Shown: piece by piece, positions 1-13,069 of the stretch
How positions within the stretch are numbered: the first letter of the stretch is position 1
Layout: each line of letters begins with the position of its first letter
Source: Dimorphilus gyrociliatus
Lineage: Eukaryota > Animalia > Annelida
DNA: 64,000 bases
Direction: 5' to 3'
Assembly (NCBI GenBank): GCA_904063045.1
Contig: CAJFCJ010000002.1
Span: forward strand, 620,001 to 684,000
Program-made: the position numbers and the translations under genes
Notes under the pieces: model-generated
Database searches by the model: none
Told to the model about the DNA's origin: nothing
What the model saw: the letters and a program-made list of their open reading frames with translations, nothing else

Positions 1-428
1 AGTTTTAGAATAAATTTTTGAAGTAGTTTTGCAGTACGTGCCTGAGCTTACGCCAGGACTCCGACCTCATATATTATTAAAACCTACCAAACAAAAAGCA
101 CTTTTCAATGAGACAATTATGGTAGCAAGTTTATCTTCAGAATGGCTCATGAATATTATAGCGCTGCCTGAACTTAAAATGAAAAATAGCCGTCTAAAGA
201 ACATATCGACTTGTGATTATACAAAATGGAGATTGTAACTGCTAATAGTCTACACATAGAATAAGGTAACTAAAAATAACTATAGAATGCCTCCGTATTT
301 TACATACTCCTTGAATTAATTGTAAGTGTAGGCCTGCCTGAAATAAGCTATTCACGTTGGATAACGTGTTTTAGACAACGTATTATGGTATTATGTCATA
401 AATTTAATTTTTCAAAATGATACTTTAC

Positions 429-517
429 CATATCCAAGAATGTCTTCTTCTGCTCCCAGAATTGCCACCACCGAAATTTGGACTAGGAACGGACAAAAAA
501 TTTCCACCGTTTATCAT
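429..517 (-). CDS. PDE4: PDE4/dunce alternative first coding exon (PDE4D3-like N-terminus MINGGNFLSVPSPNFGGGNSGSRRRHSWI[C])
   Basis: ATG at 517 (-), open frame to ATA TG|GTAAAG, a phase-2 donor. RRHSWIC matches the human PDE4D3 N-terminus (MMHVNNFPFRRHSWICFDVDNG). The shared UCR1/UCR2/catalytic exons must lie left of the window. Confidence 0.85.
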
Positions 518-1747
518 TCGGGAAACATTTCAGAGTTTCATTTACAAGGAGATTTTATTTAAACCCTATTACAAGCTCTCTAAATATTTCAGAGTAATTC
601 AATAAAGTTTTCTCTCGAGCCTTTAATAGTCCAACGACGCACAATGATCAGACATTACGAAAAAATGCTATAGGATCTCGAAACGCTCCCTACCGGCTTC
701 AGAGAACACTATGCTCTCACTTTTCTGATCAATCTTTTCATCAATCACTCTCTGCGATTATTTCCCTTGATATTTCAACCTGCTCAACGGCGTAAATCAA
801 ACTACTTATCTTAAATAAAATTTTATAGTCAAATATTCTAAAACCTAATACCAATAGTTCAAGTAGAATCAGATTTTAACATATATGAGAAATTATATCT
901 TTCATTTATAGTATGATGGATATATGGTGATAAATATTGAGCTCTTCCTTAAATCTGCACTGGCTTAAAAAAAATTAAAATAATCTTTTCTAAACCTACT
1001 TTAGAGTGAAAAAATTAACAAAGAGCTCTTCTCCTCTAAGCTTCTTACGACTTCGTAATCAGAAACCATAAAAACTATCAAATATGAAATTTTAACGATA
1101 TGAACGCTCTATACTTGTATTAAAATTTCACATATGAATACCGAAAGAACAGGATGATGAGAGAATTTTGAGAAAATTCTAGATCGAAAAGCATACCCAT
1201 TAAAGTGACCGAGTAGAACTGGATTGATATTTCCAATACAGAAAATCTTTATCTTCTTAAAGTAACAACACACCTCATCAGCATACATAATTAAAGCTGC
1301 TACTATAAAATAGTACTATAGAAATAATGTTACGTCATTATTCTTTGATATAAAGATGCGGAAACATATACGACAACGTTGTGATATGGAAATTTACGGT
1401 AATAGATGTCAGTAGCAGATAAATTACAAGATAGTTTGTTTCTTTAAGATTCAAAATTTAATTAAGATGAATATTTAGCTGATCTGATTTAAGATAAATA
1501 GCTTGGACTTGAGATGCTCATGTGTTAATATATCGCAACAATTGAATAATCACAGATGAAAGAAATACCCTTTCTTTACGAATCTATTTAGCAGATACCA
1601 AACCTGATATTATTTACATTACACTTGATTTTATTACTGTAATCTATGACAGTGATATTTCCAGTATAACTTTTACCAAATATAGCAAGAGCTTTTAAAA
1701 CTCTTATTCATACAATAAAAAATTGAGAACGAAAATAAGAGACTAAC

Positions 1748-1845
1748 CTTGTCCTACTCCAAGGTATTGTGGCTCTTCTTGTATGCAATCTTGGGATAAG
1801 TTTAATACCAACAAAATAGACATTCTTGTCACAATCAACCGACAT
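1748..1845 (-). CDS. PDE4: PDE4 alternative first coding exon (MSVDCDKNVYFVGIKLIPRLHTRRATIPWSRT..)
   Basis: ATG at 1845, 32 codons, then AG|GTTAGT phase-2 donor; carries PKA motif RRAT; same phase as 429-517. Confidence 0.65.
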
Positions 1846-4103
1846 ATTTCGGAAAAGTATATTACAGCATTTCATATAATAGTAAATACAGAAGTATTCT
1901 CTCTTTTCTGTTTAACCAAAATATTCTACAATCTCCGCAAATCAATAGACAATTGTCCACACAAGCAAAAATTCTACCTCCAAACACCGTAGTCGACGAC
2001 CGTATGGAACCGGTTGATTTATAATGCACATAATTATAGTCGACGATCATTTATCCTCGTATAAACTTCAGAGCATAATAATTTATCCTTACATTTTATG
2101 TAATCTTACAAGGACAACTTAATTTTTATTGGCTTACGCTGATCAGTCTTTCAAAAGAAGTCAATTATTTTGAAAAAAATAGAGCGAATAAAGGAATAAT
2201 GACAGTCTCCTGCACGAATCATACAATTACGCCGAAAATCTCATTAAGAACAAAGTAATCGGTTGTCTTCTCTAATAAATGAAAACTGTTTTTTATTATT
2301 ACTTATCATAGACAGAATATCAAGTGCCTGATAACCCCAAAATTTACAAGGTAAATGTCTTTATTAGACGTATTAATGGCATATACTCATCAAACTAGTT
2401 AAAATGAAAACTGCTTAAAATATTTTCACTTAAAGCTATCATAATTTAGAAAAGATAAACTTATTTGTCCACGGCTATATCATGTTCTATAATAAAACGT
2501 TACTATATCCTTATTAGCCATATAGCTCTTTTCGTATTTTAGGCAAGTATTTTATAAAAGAACAAATAGATTTTTCACGTGTAGAAGTCAAATAACGCTG
2601 CTGTAGAAAGGACGCTTCCGTTTCTTCATATTTCTAGGTTGTTTCAACGTTAGAAATGTCATAGGAATATGCCAAGCAGTTATCGCATCAATATTCTTTA
2701 ATATTACTTAACATTTTCGAAACGAATTACATATTTTTCTAAAACATGTTTCCGATTGAAAAACAATATTGAGAGCTATGTAGGAATATTTACCTTAGTG
2801 AAAAACTATTTAAAAGATAACTGCAATTAAATCAACATAATATTTTAAAAGAACTGCAATAGTTAATTTTTTCAACGTTGTATCAAATATTTTCTTATTT
2901 GAGTGTCAAGAGTAGATTCAGGATTTGTTAGAAGGAGTGCTTCAAGGCATTCGACTAATACAGTTTTTGCCGCTTTTGAGAAAATGCATTAGCCTTTATA
3001 AGAAAATATCTTCAAAAATTAATTGGGTTACTCAAGAAAGGAACTGATCTACCAGATAAAAAAATTGATTGTGATATTTATATTAGTGCGATGGGATTGT
3101 TTGTTACTTTATAATTTCATATTTTTCCGAATTTTATAACTGTTGGCTAATAAATCCCAACAGGCCTACTCTTTATACATTTTGCCTCTGTATAATTAAC
3201 TTTTCCATGTAGTCTTTATAGTTTTTTCGTATATTACACACAAGTTCCTATTGCTTTTGAAATTCAAATTCAAAAGTAAAAGCTCTAGAGTAACAACATG
3301 AGATAGGATAAAAAATATGCTATATCATCGTATTTTAGCGGATTAGACAGTAACGAGAGAAAACAGATTGTGACTTATAACTAATTCTTTAGAATCAAAG
3401 TCCAACAGATGTCTCTTCTGAATATCCATGTCATTGTTTTCTTCTTTATCAACATGGCTACGTTGATTAAATAATCTTGAAGTAAATTAATAGGCATCTA
3501 CTTAACCCAGAGAAGTAATTAGGTGTGTTGTAGAATTATCTTGTTAGCAAGTTTCACTCGAACAAGCCAAAATAATATTGAAGATTTAAGTGTCTTGAAA
3601 AACGAAAACAGTAAATATAATACAAGCAATTGGATAAAAAAAATATAGTATGATGTAGCGAGGAGACAAGTAAATGCTTATAAAAGAATTGCTATAAAAT
3701 TGGGGAATACGTTTTAGGGCAATCCATTTGATCTACAAACCACGAACTGAATAACAGTGATTTTTTTCGCAGAAGGTAATTTAACTAGTTTCTCACTTAA
3801 TTGCGGTCATAGGACTGAAACATCCGGTCACGAAACTGCTGTAGTCCATAGGCTTGTTGCTTACGTCACTAGAACAGCGGGAAACGAATGAGGGGAAACA
3901 GTAGATTTTTCACCTTTAATAAAATAGATCTTTAATTACCGCCTTTCCCCTTAATTACCTTATTACACACCACTCTTTAGTAATTTATACGCAAAGTACA
4001 ACCGGATGGAAAACCTGTAAAGAATCTATTAGAAAAAAAATGGGATGCGAAATGAAATGCATCAAATCTGAGCGATAATACAAAATACTGCTCAGGGATT
4101 TAC

Positions 4104-4342
4104 GCATGACCCGACCGACACCTCATTAGATGTTCTAGGATAAAAAACGACTGATCATTATTTACACACGCAAAGCCAATTCCATCAAGGTTAAAGAATA
4201 AGAAAATGACTTTAAACGCATCGATAGGCATTAATATACTCGCTCTTACTCCAATGACTGTTAAATTGACGCATCCTTCTACTCCTGGTGTATTGACTTG
4301 AAATCGAGTATCAGAGTTTGAATAGTATAGTGGGAAATCCAT
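4104..4342 (-). CDS. Possible additional PDE4 alternative first exon (hydrophobic, 79 codons)
   Basis: ORF 4100..4342 ends CAT GC|GTAAAT, a possible phase-2 donor. No recognisable motif, so it may be chance. Confidence 0.25.
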
Positions 4343-6454
4343 AAGTGAACTAGTCTAAATTGAAGACCAAAATAAGCTAAACTTTTAATAAATTAAACTG
4401 AAACTACATTTAATATTTGCTGCATATTTTACACTTTTGTTTGATTGTAAAGTATACTTATACTATATTTCTCTGCAAGAAACAGTCTATATTTAAGTCT
4501 GTATATATTTGAGTGGTGTACTTAGCGAGTGGGCGTAAATTTTCAACCAATATTCAGGACTCTCTGAGGAGCTCATCATAAGAGCAATTGATAAATAGTC
4601 AAAAATAGCGTCCCTATATACTCATACATTCAAAAACTTGTGAATCTGTTGACTGTTGATTTTTTTATTCCAGGTTTGTATTCGTTGATTGTCTCATTTG
4701 CTACTTTCCAACGAATAATTTAATTTTTTTTATTTAAAAGCAAAAAGTGGTGGACAATGGGAATTGTTTTACTAATTCGAATATCTATATCCAGTCGAGT
4801 ACCCTGCTAGCAATACCAATTAGCCAGTCATGGCATCAGTACGGGAGAAAAAATAAATCTACAGACAATATTAATATATTCGTGTAAAGGAGCTGAAATG
4901 AACAAGAATCATCTTATCAAGCACTTTAATGCTTCCATGATCAGATCTAAAGTAGTTTTTCTCGTCCAAGGAAGATTTACAATAGGATAATTTATAATTT
5001 GACAAAATTTAGTCAAATATAAATAAATAAATGGACATGTTACGTATGCAAACTGTTTGGCAATAAATCACTAAAAAGGCCTAAGCTGCTCCTCTCCAAG
5101 CAACAGCTACAGAGATAAATTAAATCCACTGCGGTGGCTGCAAAGGAATCTTAGGCGGTTACGCTCGCCGAATATTTCACATTCATTAATACCACTTTTT
5201 ACCTACAGCTGTTACTGTTTTAAGCATTTATACAAGTTTCAGAGTAACAGACTAAAAATGTCGATCTTTCTACTACCGAAAACAGGAATGATGAGAAGCA
5301 AGCTTTTCATTTTGAAAAGATAAAATACCAAAAAAAGCTAACCAAGTTGTCCTGCATGGGATGGCAAGCAGACAATGGATACGTTATTATTACCTATTTT
5401 CATTGTAAATAATTCAGATACAGAAGATCTGAGCTCCTATTTTTATAGCAGTCACAGTAAATCATTCATTAATTCCTTTATACCTCCAAAACCGTGAAAA
5501 ACTCAATGCACTTGAATTTATGGTAAAATGAGTGCGTCTTCACAATACATGTTGTTTGTCTATCATGTGCATATAAAGTACATTTTATCTAGACACAATA
5601 GATCATGTATAATGATCTTTTATACATACAGTATCTCAACAGACGACTCGGTCAAGATTTTTCACATAATTGAGTAGAAAATTTTGGTTAAAATGTGACA
5701 GAGATTTCAAAATTTATTTATGAATTTACGCTATTATTTTCAACTAATACGTAGCAATTTAGTTCTGTATTTTTTATATTGCACTATACATTTTTTTACG
5801 TACGTATTTACGTACATGTATAGTTTGTATGCCATGCATTATGTATCTATGCAAATTTACAGAAATTGTACTTGATTCTAGGGATGTTACAACAGATAGC
5901 CAATGCTGGGCAATTTTGAGAAAAATTGATTAGAACCTTGAGCGTTATATGGCAAGGTTGAGACGGAATGAGCTCATTTTCATTCTATTTATAACGTCCA
6001 ATAATGCCTTCCATTCCATTGTAGGAATTAATGTGGTTTCAGCCGCACCACGTGCCTTATTTCCTCGTTTTATCTCGGTCAAATCAATTATTTGCTGAAC
6101 GCTGATAATTTACTAATAGATAGTGCTAACAATTACGGATTTGTTTGCGAAGTGTCCTTTTCTAAACGTCGTATAATTTCGCTTTTTATATAGAGAGAGC
6201 ATTGATTTTGTGACAAACAGGAAGCTGTTTAACTGCATAAACTAGTTTCGGTATTTTTTTACCAGATTAAAAAACCGTGCTCATTATCAAACCATAGCCT
6301 TCAGCACTGAATGGTCGTTTATATATTTGCAATCGAATTATGCGTCGACGGATAACGACCATAAATGTTTACTTTCGGATAAAAGAGCTTTATTGTTAAT
6401 TGTATCTGATTTTTTTAAAACGAATCCGATAATCAAGAGTGTCGCTTGAATATT

Positions 6455-6539
6455 CCATATATATTAATATATATATATATTTATATGTATAAATTTATAC
6501 GGTATATATATATATACATATATATATTTATATATATGG
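6455..6539. repeat. Imperfect (TA)n microsatellite
   Basis: ccatatatatattaatatatata...tatatatgg, directly visible, intronic. Confidence 0.85.
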
Positions 6540-6613
6540 TTTTGCAATTCAAAATGCATTAATTTGTATAAACCTAAAAAATTTTTGGTTTTGCTTTTTT
6601 ACATTTTACGTAC

Positions 6614-6798
6614 CGTACTCTATAGTGGGTTTTGCTGTGCATCGCATTCCTGTTGTTAAGCTTAATCGGTTTGAAAGGTAATAAACTGCGAGTGGGCTCA
6701 TCTACGTCCGAATTTTGTGGCCGTTCGCTCTTTAGTGAACTGTTTGATGATCTCCGACCACAAAATACTTCTCTGAGAAGGCTCGCCATCTGACCCAT
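6614..6798 (-). CDS. PDE4: PDE4 alternative first coding exon with N-myristoylation consensus (MGQMASLLREVFCGRRSS...HYRV..)
   Basis: ATG at 6798, 61 codons, then CG|GTACGT phase-2 donor; MGxxxS, a nearby Cys and RRSS. Confidence 0.7.
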
Positions 6799-7985
6799 GA
6801 TAATCCTGAATAACCTTTTTCGCGGCGTTCCGCATTATACATTCGAAAAGGCGTCGATTCTAGAGCGACTCTCCAATATTATATCCTCGTGCGCCGTTAA
6901 AAGCATGAAATTTTGAAGAGTTTTGCAGTACGAGTAATGAAACGTGCCCTCAAGTGCTGTTGGCTGTAAAATGAAGGCCTAAACTAGTCTGGCGCTGGTG
7001 TATACTGCATGGCGCTACAGTCAATATACAGTTCACCTCATACCGCTAAGTATGACTGTAATGGGATCTTTCTTTTTGCTACTTGTAAACGCTAACTTTG
7101 TTGTTTGGTAATTTAAAAAAATTTATCTGCTGCAAAATTTCATTTCCGTTAGTTAGATTCAGGTGTCGACATTTACAACACCTGTGTCAATTTTTTCCTT
7201 CATAAAATCACCGACCGTTGTCCATGATTGATAGTGCCGAGGGAAAGGGGAGGCTTAATTGCACTTTCTAAAAAAAAAGTCAATAAATACGTCCATTAAT
7301 CTTAAAAAGTTCGACTGAATTGCCGTTTTGCAATAGTCTTAACCTGAACTGCTTGGTAACCCTATTCCCTTTACTTTAGAGTCCGACCATAAAACGCACA
7401 AGACTTATGCTGAGTCGTCGGCACTGTTCTAACGGTCAATACTGTACTGCGTTTCTGGTAGAATTTAACGTAATTGGAGCGTGAATTGTTGTAAAAATTG
7501 CGGTCCGAAGAGAGCAGGTGAATCTATTGATTTCGCACTCATCTTTGCAGCAACGTAATTGGTAAACAAACACGCTGCCGGATTTGGTGTGCTGTCCAAT
7601 TACTTTGTCACATATTCGTGCAAGTATCGAAAGTTATTCGCAAATATAAAAGAAATTTATAAGCTTCCTTTATGTCACCTTTTCGCAGGGTTACACCATA
7701 ATGGGTTCTTGAGAAACTTCATCGACCAGATGGCCCTACTGTAGTTTGCACAAACACTAGTGGTTTTACCGTAAACACCTCTGATTAATATAAACATTTT
7801 ACAAGCTACTAAAGAAAATTGCCAACACGTGTGAATTTGTTGATTCCAATTATTCATTCACTTTCTTAAATCAATTAGGATTGATTCGTTGCCATATTAT
7901 ATACTCATATTATTTTATGTTTAATTGTTTACAAAGCATATTGATAACTTGTAATTGACAGTACTTAGCCTCATTTATACAACTC

Positions 7986-7997
7986 CGTCACGTGACG
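7986..7997. promoter_or_regulatory. Palindromic extended E-box CGTCACGTGACG (CLEAR/USF/MiT-TFE type)
   Basis: Perfect 12-bp palindrome in AT-rich non-coding DNA. Confidence 0.45.
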
Positions 7998-9727
7998 CTT
8001 AACTGTGTTCTTTGAAAAAAAAAGTACATGCACTAGAGCCGATAAGAAAGACTCTGTTTGTCTCTCGTATAAATCAACTATAATAGCTTTTACGAATCTT
8101 CATCTACTGAATGCGATAACGTTCTCCTTCCATCTACAACGAAAAACTTCTAAAGCTGGTAGAGGCTGTGGTATATCTTTTAATAATATCCTTCATGCGC
8201 TTATTTCGACTTCCTAGTTTCTTTCGTCTTGCATATTATTCAAAAAGTTATTCCAGGTAGATAATCCTCATTCTTTGCTTGGATTTCAAGTGAGCAAACG
8301 AATATCTCTTGAAGTCGGGCTTAATCTAATTTCCATTTGCTGCCTGGGCTCTTTTGCGTCTTATTTTCAGTTCCTGCAGTTCATCTTGCATCTCACGTTA
8401 ATGTAATTTGAAACTTATAAATTATTTGCAAATAGTGAAAATAATAGTCCCTATTAAGCTAATATGAATAATAAACACTATCTCAGTTATGATAATAATG
8501 CTGAGGAACGAAGAAATCAGTATTATTTGTAAAGATTTTCTTCCGCCTAAGGTATTAACATACATTCTAGACTATTTTGCTCATATTTTTGTCTGATTTT
8601 CTAATGTATTTCTATCTTTTAGTTTCTTGATTCTCCTTTGCTACGAAGAGAATTCCATAGCATTGTAGTTTTTGTTGCATAGACTAATATCACGAAAATA
8701 TATTTAAGATAGAAGTCCTCATACAAGGTCGATTTGAATGAAACGCCATGGGTAAATTTGTGAAAAAATGGCTTTCGAAAGATTTGTTTGATGTGTTTAT
8801 TGTCGTTCATTTGACGAAATTTTGATGAAAGTGAGTATCGATTTTGTAATTCTAACGCCTTTTATTAACTCTATAACCGAATTATTAGAAGTATGAGGCG
8901 AAATGAAACTGGAGATATATGACGGAGTAGGAAATAAACGCTCATCTTTCAACCTTTGACAAAATCCCCTACTTAAAGCAAATTGTAAGTAAACTGTCCC
9001 GGAAAACAATATAGATTTCGGTTCCTAATAATTTGTACATTTATGTGGCTTTATAAAGATGACCATTGCTTAATATTGATTATCCAACGCAATAAATTTA
9101 TAAGACTACTTAAGATAGAAAATAAAATAAACTGCGAATGCTCCTTTCCTGTTCAAGTAAAATACTATACAAAACTCGAATCGGAAATTCGTCCGACTCG
9201 AAAATCTAATAAACGACTTGACAAACTCTAATCAACGCAATATTCCGTCGGGGATATTGGGGACTTTAAGCAAAGGTTGTTGCGACCTTTTATAAAAGAG
9301 ACTTTATGGTAGCAGGTTGGAGAATCTGATTAGTAAATTGGCAAAGCGTTAAGTCTATTACATTAACGCAATGCGTACATAATTTACATATATATCGTAT
9401 GGCATGTAGTAAAATTAATGAGTTGTATAAAACAACTAATTTTCAATTTAAAATGCATTTGATGTATAAAGCATACAACATTCTGACTTCATAATATAAT
9501 TATAAGATTATCAAACTAATAAATGACCTATTAAAATATTCGCCCGAATTCTTATTCAATTTTCATACATCAACTATTAAAGGAGTTAACTTTCAATGAA
9601 TCAGTGCATTTTACCATTGTTAGTCACGAAATCATAACAGCGGAAATTCTTAACTGTTTGTCTTCCTATACATCTGTCATATTCTTGCATAAAATACCGA
9701 TATTTTCATTTCTGTTGACAAACTTAC

Positions 9728-9816
9728 CCAACATTTGCTAGAGTATGCCTTCGACCTCGACGAACTCTTTGTATTACTGGTAATTCTTTTAGATTACCGA
9801 ATTCTTCTTCGGCCAT
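9728..9816 (-). CDS. PDE4: PDE4 alternative first coding exon (MAEEEFGNLKELPVIQRVRRGRRHTLANV..)
   Basis: ATG at 9816, 29 codons, then GG|GTAAGT, a consensus phase-2 donor; RRHT PKA motif; TATA box just upstream. Confidence 0.8.
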
Positions 9817-9860
9817 TCTGCTGAATTTTATCCTTAGTAAATGTTAGTAGTCAAAGACGG

Positions 9861-9870
9861 CTTTATATAT
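9861..9870 (-). promoter_or_regulatory. TATA box of the 9728-9816 PDE4 first exon
   Basis: Minus strand ATATATAAAG about 45 nt upstream of the ATG, flanked by GC-richer sequence. Confidence 0.6.
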
Positions 9871-11210
9871 CGGAGCCGTCAGCCGTCACGCTGGCTACTC
9901 GCATAATGAAAATCATCTCCGTTGCACAATCCGCTAGAGTTTATTGATTTCGAAAATGCCAGCCAGCGATTGAATTTGGCGTCCTATATTTACATACAGT
10001 CTTCACCTGTTTATCAGTAAACTCTTAGCTGTTCCAAAGGAGAAGCTTTGCTTCTACATATACTCAAAAAAAACTACAAGAATTGCCCCAGATTATTAAG
10101 AACCACGCTGGGAATTTAATCCTATTAAGTGGGTGTTTGAACTTTTTAAATTCAGTTGTAATCGATATTCAAAATGATACTCATATTAGTCAGGATATTC
10201 AAATTTAAATTTTAGAAAAAAAATCTTCATAACGAATCCTACTTCAAGCTAAGTAGCTGCGCCATCTATATCCAAAATAAATATTACACTTTAAGGAATT
10301 GCATACAAGGTTGCATTTTAATGCAGTATAATTAAAATGAATAAGAAAAATATTTCCGGGTTTTGCAAAAGTATAAGGTTGTCTTTTCATTATGGGTGTA
10401 TTTTATGTTTTTCTCTTCTCTAGTAAGTACTTTGAACTAATTGAAGCGTCTAAAATATACATGGGTAAAGCCATGATTATATCTCAATTAGGGTGTGCAA
10501 TAATGAGTAATATAATTATCCATAGTAGTATTTCTTTAGTTTTTTCAAATACTAAATAACTTCTCTTCTTTGTAATTAACCTGTTCTGATTTATTAAAAC
10601 ACTGTACATGAAGCCCAAAATATTTTTATACAAGCGGTTACCCTCTATATTGATATTGAAATAATTGTGGAAGCCGTATTATTCGTGCTGGGAATCGTGC
10701 ACAACAAACAATTGCTTTGATAGAATCTGTGAAATTTTGCAAAAAAATTATATGTGCACAACTGGGACGTGACTAGAATTTTCCAGTTGTCGATTAGCCA
10801 TTAGAGACACTGCGGCAACATATGAAAAAAGAAGGCGACACATTTTTTTTCATGATTAAAGAGTTGCCAGTAGTCATATCTGCCGCAACTCTTATATAAA
10901 TTAATATCTTATGTTGTAACAGAATAGAACTAATTAGAAGGTAAATTGCCTGAAGGCAGTAAACTAGAATAATCAAATATTTGCCATACGAATTTCTTTT
11001 GATTACAATTTTGTTAAGGCCTGATCGATGGCTCCCGGTCAAGACGGGAAGAGTAGCTTTCGACTTTTTCAAAAGCAAAAGCCGAAATTTCTTTCCGTTG
11101 TCAACATCAATTGATAGTATTTTTGCCCATGAGCGAAATACATTACAACAGACTGCCTCTAAGTTGAGCATACAGTCCTACTTAGTTCTTGGATTCTATT
11201 ACATACTTAC

Positions 11211-11518
11211 CGTGATTTGCATTTGCTTTCAGCAGTTCCCGAAGACGGCCATGTACGCCGTATCGACTTTAAAACCAATCTTCTTCGAAAGTGAGACCCA
11301 GTAGATTCATCCGAACTCTTACTACGCTGTTCATCTATCAACTTTGAATGAAGAGGTCCTAGACTCTTTGGTGGCATTAAGCGAGTTCCTCGCCTTGACC
11401 AAAGATGTCCAGAATCGGCACTGGTAGGAGATATTCTATTATTCAAATCCTCATCATCTACAGATGTGGTGTGAACTGCTGGGATTAAAGGTAAACGGAG
11501 AGAAGATTTTTCACTCAT
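11211..11518 (-). CDS. PDE4: PDE4 alternative first coding exon (MSEKSSLRLPLIP...AESKCKS..)
   Basis: ATG at 11518, 102 codons, then CG|GTAAGT phase-2 donor; Ser/Arg-rich; RRGT motif. Confidence 0.75.
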
Positions 11519-12902
11519 ATCCGTATCTGTATTTTGAATATGCGATAATAACTTAAGGCTAAACGAAGCTTAAGCGTTTTAGCGTTAAGTTACGAAGTCG
11601 ATACGGTCCATCTGCGCCTATTTGTTTCTCTTTATGATGCCGAGAATGCATTAATTTAGCTTTAGCGTCCGGGAAACGCCTGATGTTCTTGAGATAAAAC
11701 CCATAAGGCTTTATCTTTCGAGCTAGTACACATTATTTATAGGTGATTTTTCAAACTATTGTGCCTAGAGAATCAGTTGATTTTTAGTTCTGATTTTATA
11801 TAGAATATGATATCTATCATTACATAATAAGATGATGACTATTCAATGATGTTACAGAATGTTAGCGGTAAATTTAGAGTTCTGAGTTTTTGTATCAAAA
11901 CACCCGATATGTAAAATTTGCTTGACACTCTTCATTGTGTTCTAATTTTATACCTTAATTTCTATTGATGTGTTATTAATATGTAATTGATTAAAATCGA
12001 TATTCAATACGCTGTTGTATTAGGCTATGAGAAGCACTGAAAAGTGCTTGAAAGAAAGGTGAAAGTAGTTTCGATGGAATCGGTTTCGCTTGACTTAAAG
12101 ATATTAGCTACTCCATTCCCGTCTTAAGATGAACCATAATGAATGTTTATAAATTATAGCTAACTTTAACAACTAACCAGTTTGTTTTTTATCTATAATA
12201 CCAAGAAAAAATCTCTTTCTAAATATGTATCCTAAATAAAGCAGATGATATAATACTTATAGACAACTATATTTTTAAATGACAAGATAATGCCGTAAAG
12301 GTCGAATAGTTTTTTATACATTTAAATAAGAAGTTTTAAATTTATAAAACTAAATGAGTTTAAATTATTTAGCTAAGCTCAGCATTACATACCCCAAACC
12401 TATTTGAAAAAAAACAAAAAGAAAACTTACCTCTAAGCAGTAGTTTTAAAATTCCAAAAAATAAAAATGAAAAGAAAAATAGTTGTTTATCCAGATGCAC
12501 AATTTCACTAACACGTGAAACTATAAAGGGAATACTTTGTCAAACGCCGTATACGTCAATAGGCGTTACACTGGAAAAAAAGAACCGACTCAACGCATTT
12601 TTTCGCTCGCGCTTCCACCTACCAGATTTCAAAGAATTTAACGCAATTTACAAGTAAACATGTTCGACTTAAATTCAAATAAAATACTTTAAACAACGCT
12701 TTCCGATTTCCTTGAGCAAAATTTATGTTTCACCGCACAATATTTCATAAGTTACGATCTTTCTAATCATATTTAACAGATGGCAACACTTATAAGAAGG
12801 GATTTTGTAAAACTAACGGTAGATGGTGTTTGAAAATAAAAGAAGATTGACAGCTAATAAAATTAAAAGAAAATTCTAAATGCTTTATTACAATCTGCTT
12901 AC

Positions 12903-13069
12903 CTCTTTCTCCTTAAATTTGTAAGCAATGGTGACTTCAAGTAGATGCACCTTTCACTTTGACGTCGGTGTTGTAATATAGGCTGTTGCTCAGACGCTTT
13001 TTTCATGAAACTGCTTTCACTTTCTTCTCCGTCTTCAGTTGTAATAGTAACTTTAACTGACGCTTGCAT
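12903..13069 (-). CDS. PDE4: PDE4 alternative first coding exon (MQASVKVTITTEDGEESE...TNLRRK..)
   Basis: ATG at 13069, 55 codons, then AG|GTAAGC phase-2 donor; RRQS motif; acceptor tttcacag just upstream. Confidence 0.72.

Noticed and set aside
1862-2050. Minus-strand ORF with donor-like GAG|GTAGAA
   Set aside because: ATG-containing frames give phase 0 or 1, not phase 2; no motif; at most a 5' UTR exon.
8100-8420. Coding-like minus-strand stretch (MQDELQELKIRRKR...)
   Set aside because: Multiple stops and no recognisable transposase, RT or gene motif; not enough to call a pseudogene or mobile element.
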